The translations under genes and the position numbers were made by a program. Below the pieces are notes generated by a model that saw only the letters and a program-made list of their open reading frames with translations, was not told the origin of the DNA and did no database searches. A stretch of DNA of 64,000 nt from Octopus sinensis (taxonomy: Eukaryota), in the NCBI RefSeq assembly GCF_006345805.1, contig NC_042999.1, positions 103,044,001-103,108,000 of the forward strand, in the 5' to 3' direction. Below are positions 55,385 through 64,000 of this stretch, piece by piece (within the stretch, counting starts at the first letter, position 1; each line of letters starts with the position of its first letter).

Positions 55385-58300
55385 AAAGTTATTACAATTT
55401 TAGTTAGCAAAGATGTCTTGTGGTTTGCCCTTCAAATCTCAAAAATCTTTTTTAGAATTCTTGTAGAATACCAGGTATAACTTTCCTGCAGAACCACAAT
55501 ACTTATCTAAATTCCAGTATAGTCCAGCCTCTTAGGCAGCAATTTGTACGTTGTACCGATTACATCAATTAGCATGGAAAAAATTTTCATCTTTGTGTTC
55601 CTTGAAATCTTTATCACTAGAGCTAAGTTCTGGTATTTCTTAGTTTTCTCAGTTTCCTTGATATTCACTCTATCAGAAGGATTGCAAAGTCAATCTTTTT
55701 TACGCTGTTTTACTACTCCACAGGAATATCTCGTCCCCTTGCCCCAGTATTATGATACGACTCTATGGAGAAATCTCATTAAAAATCATGTAATTATCAT
55801 TCACCTTCTTAGCCTACGGTTTATGCTCATATAACTTCCGCGTTACTAGAGACCCATAAATTTGGCTAACATCCCAATGTACTCTTTTACCGATATTCAT
55901 GCCTGCATTTACACTATTTTTGTACGAGTTTATTGTACTCACTCAAAAGATGGTTAATACATTTGTCCCCTTTCCCCCATATTTGTTGCATTACAACGAC
56001 TGAAAAAAACCTTGCAGCATTCATTCTAACGTTTTATTTCTTGAGTTTAAAACCTTTCGATGTCAACTTTGCTTTTCCATCCTCCTAGGTCGATAAAATA
56101 AAGTACTTGTTAAGACTAGGGGTAATGTTATCGACTACCACTCTCAAAATTGTTGGTCATTCACGTAAATGAAATCCATTATAATCGTGCGGTGTAATGG
56201 CAGAATTGATAGTGTCGGATAACCTGATTGACGATATTTCTTTTTGGATCTAAGTTCAAATACCGCTAAGGTCAGTTCTACCTTTCATTTTTTCGGGGTG
56301 TATAATATAAAATACCAATCATGTACTAGATTCGGTGATAGCGGCAAATCCTCTTATCTCATGATTTCTCTTCTTGTGACTAAATTAGAAGCTATTTCTA
56401 TTTAGATTTTCAGCAAAAACAGAATACCTTTTTCTGTTATCGGATTTTAATTCATTTGTGATCCCATTTTTTTTTACTTTTATGTTACAGGTAACTGTTT
56501 GCAATGAGAGATTTTAAATTTGTAATTCCTTCCCACTATAAGATAGGATAAGTTTGGATGATATTCCAAATCGTAAAGAGTTCTAAGCAGTATAAAGCAT
56601 TCCCGGAATATTGCCCATCTATTATTCTACAGTCAATAATCATTGTCTTAGTATGGTATTCTGAAGCCCCAATTTTGTTTAATAACCGTTCCCTATTTCT
56701 CTTGTGTTTTTTTCGTTTCTTCATACAACTGTCTATTAAATTCAACATCTGTATTGATTTCGGTAACTTCTTTATAAAACAATTTTCGTTAGTTCTTTTA
56801 ACTAAGTATGTTAATTTTCCACTCGTTATTTCTCGACATTATTGTATTCTGCAAAAATTAAAATTAGTTTTTTTTTTTAATTTAGAGGTACCTTACATAT
56901 TGTATTTACATAAATACAATTTTCTGTGTTAGATTTTGGGTAGTGTAAATGCAGTAATCATTTTCTTGTTTTCCTGTCCACGTTTCAAAATTCATTTAGG
57001 GCCCAGTTGGGAATATTATAGCGGGATCTCTAGTGTATGGAAGCCTATTACCATTTTTTTGTATTTAGCTTTGTTTTAAAGTATTAATTAATGCGTCTAT
57101 AATATTCCTACTAAGTCCAAGTATTTGTAGATCACTGTTTGGTGTAATCCTCTGTTTTCTTATCTTGCATGATACTGCATCAATTTAATGTAGCTGCCTG
57201 TTATTGGTGCTACATTATTCATGGCTACTTGTTTCTAGGTAGACAATTTACATCATGCTCGAACATTTTTCTTCATCTTATTTCTGTATCAACTTTATTG
57301 ATTAATAATGTATCTCTATAGACATATAAACCTTTATAGTATCTCTTCTGCGCTTTTAGGAATAGCTTTTTTCTTTTCCAAATATACTTTGCGTAATCAT
57401 CACATTTAATACTTTGTGAACTAAATTCAGATTCTGGAGGTTTGCTGTTCCTTAGCTTCAGGGATGTAAATAGTTTTCCCTTCAGTGCATGAGTGTGGGT
57501 TGTATTCTGTTGTTTTAGCAAGTAATTAAATGTTTTTGTTGCTACTTTCTATCTGTGTGTCTCTTAAATATTGTAACCAGAAGTTTGGAATTTTTTCACT
57601 TCCAGTTGTTTTGCTCTTTTAGCGCCTGGACTAGATCTTGGCATCATAACAGCTTCTACGATTATCCAGTTACTGCGTTTATTTGTTTTAAACAATCTCC
57701 TCTGTGCTGATTCCTTTGCTTTCGCCGGAATTTCACTAAATTTTTAGCCTCTGGTACTACATCCATTTCTGTTTTATCTTCAACTACGTCTTGATAAAAT
57801 CGTTTCGGGTTAGAGTCGAATTATTTATTTTGTTCAAAGTTTTGTTGTTGCTTCTCACACCAGCGAATTCTTTGTGATTCAGTGCGGGTCTCTTGTTTCA
57901 GGCTTTCTTTGGTTTACGAGAATTCTTTTATAATTATGTAATATTTCTATAGTATTTGTCTCTCCTTTTTTGTTCTCAGTTGTCCTTTTCTCTATTGATT
58001 TCATTTTGGATTGAAACTTTTCTCTTATATTGTCTTTTTCAGTATATTTCTTTTCCATAATGTATCTTTCACTCTTACTCTTTCATCGTTGAACTTTTAT
58101 CTTTAGGGGTACATTTGTAGCTCTATAGGAAGATCTATTGATTTTCATTGTTTAATGATATCCACCTTCATAACATTGCCAATTTTATGATTTCCATCTT
58201 TAGAATTATCATTCTTTAAGCTTTCTCATAGTCAGCATACTGTTGTTTGTGTTGTTCTTGTTCGATTTTCTTTGATTTTTCTTTAGGTGTTGTGGAATTT

Positions 58301-58750
58301 GTTTCTTTGCGACTTTGTTATTTACTTTGTTTTACAGATATCATGTATATCTTAGCAGTTTATGCTTTTAATGTTTTTTTACTTCCCTTGTTTAAGCTTT
58401 GCTCGTGTTTTGTTTTTGCATAATGTCTTCTATCTTTTCTGCTTCTACTGGTGATAACTTTTTTGTATTTGGAATGCATAATTTTTATTTAGTTAGGTTC
58501 CAAAGCTACTTTGAAATTAAGGTTATTGTCTCTCAAAACTTTATTCTAGAATATTGTAGCATTTTCCGTTTTGGGTTAGAATTTGACTGTAAAATATGCA
58601 TGTGTTATACAACTATATATCTTACATCAGTAGTTTTGCCTTTCTGAGTTATTCACGAACCTTGAAACCTTGAGGAGGAACTTTCTGGTCGTTTATGCAA
58701 TTTGTCACAATTTTCCTCGTGTATTGTTCTATATATTTATAACAATGTAG
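55385..58750 (-). mobile_element. Old, near full-length decayed R4/Dong-type LINE
   Basis: Scattered remnants in expected order: N-terminal region near 58500-58750, LKLRNSKPP (WKAPG-like) and KKLFLKAQKRYYKGLYVYRDTLLINK (EQKGCR...DQLLINK-like) near 57300-57480, C-terminal YSTRILKKIFEI at ~55440, then (TAA)n. Confidence 0.65.
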
Positions 58751-59034
58751 AGTTTTCTATATTCATAATGTTTATTACATTTGCAATACATTTATTATAT
58801 ACGGTAAAGATCAATAAAAATCATATTCAAAGAACACAGTTCTTTTAATCTTTGGTTAACGACTATTTTTATTTGAAATATTTGTAATTGTTTGTGTGGA
58901 CACAACTACATTGTCGCGTGTTAGTATGATGCTTACTCCGTTAGTTTCTTAAGCTATGGTGTTGATCAACCAGCGTGAATATTTGTAATACAATGAATAT
59001 ATGCGACGAAGATAAGTCGCACTTGTAAAGAAAC

Positions 59035-59035
59035 A

Positions 59036-59130
<95 letters not shown>
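59035..59130. repeat. (CTA)n microsatellite
   Basis: Direct reading. Confidence 0.95.
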
Positions 59131-59654
59131 TTTTGAGGAATATGTCAAGAATATGTTTTCTTTTTCAAATGAATAAATTATGTATATTTCGGAGGACACA
59201 TAGGAATGGAGCTTAACAAGGATGTTCCAAATAACGAAAATGTTCAAGGTTAACACAAATGCTAAAGATTACCGAGAGCAAATTTTAATGGAAAACATGC
59301 GAGGCAGTATTTAATTCTTACAAGATTAATTGGGGTTAGCAAAAAGTTCAGAGCATATTTAATACAATACGTGCTGCCAAGGAATACAATAACAATGTTC
59401 ACAGATCCAAGTATTGGAACGTGCCTACGTCTATCAGTATAGTTAGTATATCAATGTCCTTACATGTTTTAATTCAACAGTAAAATTCCTTTGTTTTTCA
59501 GTTCATCAGTGTGCAACATTATAGTCGCTTGTTATTTCTCTATCGACAGTTAGTATGCATATGTTATTTCTGAGTTCGAGTGTGACGCCAAGTGTATCAT
59601 GAGTGATCTGAGGTTCTGACTGCATACTAAATCTCTATAGTATTGTAGTAGCGT

Positions 59655-59860
59655 CGTTTCTATGGCTGGACACGATTGAGGAAGATTTCCAGAGGGTCGA
59701 TGTCATCTTGGAGGATGCAAAGGCGTTGGTTCGAGACCACTAGCGAAAGAGAGTATTGATGGTATTTGCCGGATCTACGCATGATAACGCCTCTGGAACC
59801 ACTAACTTGGAATGACTCCAGACCCATGAACCAGGAGCATGAAACAAGCAAGCAAACATT
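59655..59860 (+). mobile_element. RTE LINE 3' end
   Basis: WLDTIEEDFQRVDVILEDAKALVRD, typical of RTE C-termini, with an (AAGC)n-like tail. Confidence 0.55.
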
Positions 59861-59923
59861 AAAAAAAGATACTGGTTCGTAAGCCTTAGCGCTTTCTTAA
59901 AGAAATTCAAATTTGTTATCAAG

Positions 59924-60140
59924 ATATACGAGTGGGTGTTGAAAAGTACCTGGCTTTAAGTGTATCGCGAAAGGCCTGATTGGAAGCCCAACCTCCCGAG
60001 TTCTTTTACAGAGCTTAGAAAAACTGAAGGACTGCTGCAATAAGTGTCTTAGATGGTAATATGTTGAATAAAATCATAACTAGCTGAGCCTCCTGTATAT
60101 TCTTCTATACAACGCCAGGCACATTTCGGTACATCATTGC
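59924..60140 (+). mobile_element. Short non-autonomous mariner derivative (MITE)
   Basis: TACGAGTGGGTGTTGAAAAGTACCTGGCTT left TIR-like end, transposase 3'-end remnant, degenerate right end GCCAGGCACATTTCGG. Confidence 0.5.
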
Positions 60141-60399
60141 TTGTAGAACAACCTCTTTAAGTCATCTCTTTAAAGAATATTTTTAAGAGCTTGTTGAATG
60201 TAATATATTATCTTAGAGTCTGCACAGCACATTCTAAATTTGTTATGTATATCCTAGTGGTTGTTATTCCTCACAATTTTTTTAATATATTTATATTGAC
60301 AGCTTATTCTTGTATCCGAAGTATTGTGTTTCGTGGCCCATTCAGACTGGATTTGTGCATACAGTCCGGAAGTATTTTGTATCAGTTTATATATGTAAC

Positions 60400-62560
60400 A
60401 TTCACTTCTCGGAAACAGGCTATGTAACAACAATTCATTATAATTGTTTCCACATCTGATTCATGTTACACCAGAATACCTGCCTTGCTACTGTTTTAGG
60501 GTTTGGTTGTTGCTGTATGATGTCTATGTCGATATTTTGTGAAAATATTTTTGCTGCGAATGTAAGCTGTTATCTTAATATGTTTTCAATCGTAAACACT
60601 TACGTACGCCAGGTAGCAGATTTTATTTTGCGTTGGAAAGGTGGTAGTTGACATTATAACTGCCTTTTATATATTGCTCCGAGGTGCTCAATAGCTCTAA
60701 GCATATTATGATATAGGGATGTAGATGACTTGATATATATATCATATGGTGTTTTTACTAGATTTCCTGCATCATAAGATACAGAATTTATATCTTTCAT
60801 CTCCTGTCCACTACCACTGATCCATGTGTTATAACTGCGTTTGTGTTGATAGCACGATATTAGCTTGTGAGATGCGATTTTGATATTATGATATTTTTAA
60901 CTCTCTTCAAATATTCATTTTTCATTTTCTTGGAGAAGTTTTCACACTCACGTTTCACTCTCATCTGTGCCCAAGTATATGTAGAGTACAGAATTGTGCA
61001 ATTCTATATTATCTCTATTCACTAAGGTTCCAAAACCTTCGTTCAATCGGTCTCAATTCTTGTCAGTTTTATGCATTTTCTTCAGTTCAAAAGACATTTT
61101 AATGTCTTTGTTAAACTGCTTCACACTACCAAGCAGAGTCTTCAGATGAGGATTGTTAACAGCAAACAATTTTAGACTATCCATGAAGAGAATATTGTTG
61201 ATGTGCTTGGCTCTCCCGTCTCTACATGCGGTATACTAAATGGTTATTTTTTAATTAACTTAAAGGTAGCCAGCATAAGAGGAAATGAAGGCCAGAATTA
61301 ATATATTTTCGGATTACACAATAGATATTCCAATGAAAATGGCCTTACTGGTGACGCAAGAATTGTTCAAAGTTACTTGAAAGAAGTTCACTAAGAAATC
61401 GCACTATTAATGTTCATGCCGCATTCCATGTAAGCCCTTGCCAAGACCTAATCGGCCCAAACATATATGCTCTTTTCCCATACTGTCCCATCATTCAATA
61501 CTATTTTGTTAACAAAGGGATAAGCGATTGCCTTGCACAACTTGGGTGGAAGCGCATGGCTTAGTGGTTAAGGTGTTGGACTCAAGATCGTAAAACTTTG
61601 GTTCCGCTTCCTAGACCGGACGTTACGTTGTGCTTTTGAGTAAAACATTTCGTTGCACGTCACTCAGCTGGCAAAAATGAGTAATCCTGCAACGGACCGG
61701 CGTCCTGTCTAGGTGGGGAACATATACGCCATGAAACCGAGAACCAGCCCTTATGAGTCAATATGAATTTATATGAATCAAACGTTCAATTATACTGCTG
61801 TTTAGTTCTTTAGAGAGCAGGTTATAGGTTACTCGTAGATAATGGACAAGACAGATGACCGTATGCTATTTCTTCTCTGGGATCATTGTTTTCTTTCCAT
61901 TAAGGATCCCTCAAGAAACTTATCTGGATTATTTAAGGTGTTCTTGAAAATACTTTTTGATTGGCTGTATATTTGTTCCATGTTTTGAACGTTTTTATAC
62001 AAAACAGCTAAAACAAACCTCAATACAGTTATTGTAAAGCACGGATATCTTTCTATTCAATTTCTGTTGTTGCAATGTATGCCTGTAGCCAACTAATTTT
62101 GTTATACTTATTTTGCTTTTCAAAAATCGATTTTGAATGCTTCTGTTTCTTTAGAGGAAGTTATTTTATCTGCTTTTAAGTTATTACTGCGTAATGGCTT
62201 ATAGAACTTTCGCACATTGTTTTTAAATATGTAGTTTTTAGACATCAACATATATGTAAATCTAAACCATTTTAATCTTAAGCGAGTATTTTTGCTTTCA
62301 GCATTCAAGTGTTTGCAGTAGTGTTTATTAATTTCTTAACACCCCTGTGATATTTAATCATAAAACATTTCTTAATTTTTCTGGAAGGTTTATCTACTTC
62401 TGTTTGTAAAATCGTTCTCGCTGCTGAGTATTTGTTCAATGCTTTAATTTACTCTTCCAACTGTCTGCTCTAGTTTGACAACTTCTATTTTTGTAATGAT
62501 ATATCGTTAGTTTAGCCCTGCATAATTCATAGTAAATACGAAAGCTTATAGGAAATTAAT
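60400..62560 (-). mobile_element. Decayed R4/Dong-type LINE interrupted by a SINE
   Basis: Remnants: KNYIFKNNVRKFYKPL (62120-62308), KLFAVNNPHLKTLLGSVKQFNKDIKMSFELKK (post-YMDD region, ~61080-61190), YIYLG. Confidence 0.6.
61550..61765 (+). mobile_element. tRNA-derived SINE, family 3-related head
   Basis: GCGCATGGCTTAGTGGTTAAGGTGTTGGACTCAAGATCGT...CACTCAGCTGGCAAAAATGAGT shared with 27831-28153. Confidence 0.75.
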
Positions 62561-62819
62561 AAACCGAGTATGTCTCGGAATAGAATGGTATGTCAGAATA
62601 TTGTAATTTATTATGTCATCTTTGTGTTTACTGGTAGCGCCTCATAGTCTTGGGTGGCATTTAAAAAGAGGTTCTCAAAAGTATGCCTAGCAATTATATC
62701 AACATTTTGTAGGTATATGAACGGATGTTTGATACCGGTAATATTAGCAACACTAGTGCCTTCAAACAATGTCTGTTTATACCAACAACTTCAGTAGTAA
62801 GGGCGGCCTTGACTGGAAA

Positions 62820-62947
62820 ATTGATGTTGTTGCAGTTGTTGTTGTTGTGTTGTTGTTGTTGTTGTTCTTCTTCTTCTTCTTCTTCTTCTTCTTCTTCTTC
62901 TTCTTCTTCTTCTTCCTCTTCCTCTTCTTCTTCTTCTTCTTCTTCTT

Positions 62948-63004
<57 letters not shown>
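62820..63004. repeat. (GTT)n-(TTC)n-(TTA)n compound microsatellite
   Basis: Direct reading. Confidence 0.93.
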
Positions 63005-63007
<3 letters not shown>

Positions 63008-63220
63008 AAGGCGGTGAGCTGGCAGAATCGTTAGCACGCCGAGCAAAATGCTTTGCGGCATTTCGTCCCTCTACGTTTTGTGTTCAAATTTTGCCGAGGT
63101 CGACTTTGCTTTTCATCCTTTCGGGATCGATGAAATAAGTATCAGTTACGTACTGCGCTCGGTATAATCGACTAGCCCCGCCCCCAAAATTTCAGGCCTT
63201 GTGCCTTTAGTAGAAAGGAT
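63005..63220 (+). mobile_element. tRNA-derived SINE family 1
   Basis: Full head, B box GTTCAAATT, tail CAAAATTTCAGGCCTTGTGCCTTTAGTAGAAAGG then (TTA)n. Confidence 0.85.
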
Positions 63221-63231
63221 TATTATTGTTA

Positions 63232-63287
<56 letters not shown>

Positions 63288-63289
63288 GT

Positions 63290-63560
63290 GTAGTGAGGGC
63301 GCATGAACTGGTTGTTGCACTCATGATCGCGAGATCGTGGTTTCAATTCCTAGACCGGGTGTGCGTTGTGTTCTTGAGCAAGACACTTCATTTTACGTTG
63401 CTCTGCGATCACTTCAACACCCGACGCGTGGTACACACTGCACTTGTTCAGACAATGTCGATTCGATGGAGAGAGTGAGCTAATGTACAACACATACATT
63501 TGATCACTATAAACAAATTAACCGTGCAAGTTGTTCGGCAAAAAACTCAGTACTCAATAC
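63290..63560 (+). mobile_element. tRNA-derived SINE, family 3-related head with a different 3' body
   Basis: GAGGGCGCATG...CTCATGATCGCGAGATCGTGGTTTCAATTCC...GCGTTGTGTTCTTGAGCAAGACAC. Confidence 0.7.
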
Positions 63561-63591
63561 CTCGTTATTATTATTGTTGTTGGTGTTGTTG

Positions 63592-63644
<53 letters not shown>

Positions 63645-63646
<2 letters not shown>

Positions 63647-63862
63647 GGCGGCGAGCTGGCAGAATCGTTAGCACGCCGAGAGAAATGCTTAACAGAATTT
63701 CGTCTGCCGTTACGTTCTGAGCTTAAATTCCGCCGAGGTCGACTTTGCTTTTCATCTTTTTGGGGTCGATAAATTAAGTACCAATGAAACATTGGGGTCG
63801 ATATAATCGACTAACGCCCCCCCCAAAAAATTTCAGGCTTTCTGCCTTTAGTAGAAAGCGTT
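63645..63862 (+). mobile_element. tRNA-derived SINE family 1
   Basis: Similar to 63005-63220 along its length; (TTA)n on both sides. Confidence 0.85.
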
Positions 63863-63872
63863 ATTATTATTA

Positions 63873-63906
<34 letters not shown>

Positions 63907-64000
63907 GGGGAATGCTTATTTCATCTCTGTTATCATTTATCGCCTGACCGTCGTGCCTTGTCCCGGTTACTACTTGACCAGGCTGGAGAGTCTCTTATTA

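Noticed and set aside
59150-59640. Possible plus-strand Dong-type RT-thumb remnant
   Set aside because: Similarity too patchy to call without an alignment.

Overview
AT-rich animal genomic DNA made almost entirely of microsatellites and transposable-element (TE) fragments. The repeat families resemble those I associate with octopus; this is an inference from memory, not a search result. I found no host protein-coding exon, rRNA, intact tRNA or CRISPR array. The protein-like ORFs I could interpret are TE-derived, and most remaining ORFs are translated microsatellites. The dominant theme is a set of restriction-like-endonuclease (RLE) LINEs of the R4/Dong type sitting in (TAA)n tracts. One is near full length (11172-14890, minus strand) and lies head-to-tail with a divergent subfamily copy (9650-11088); older decayed copies occur at 4.6 kb and 54-62 kb. 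A ~600-bp non-coding element is found in the same (TAA)n context in three copies. Also present are mariner, Tc1 and pogo-like DNA transposon fragments, several CR1/L2-type and RTE LINE fragments, a decayed Penelope-like element with a nearby hammerhead-like motif, and three tRNA-derived SINE families. Structural oddities include a ~400-bp SINE-(AT)n-SINE fold-back palindrome and a 0.78-kb tandem duplication bounded by (AT)n. Many frameshifts are single-base indels, several in homopolymers, so some may be long-read assembly errors. Boundaries of decayed elements are approximate.
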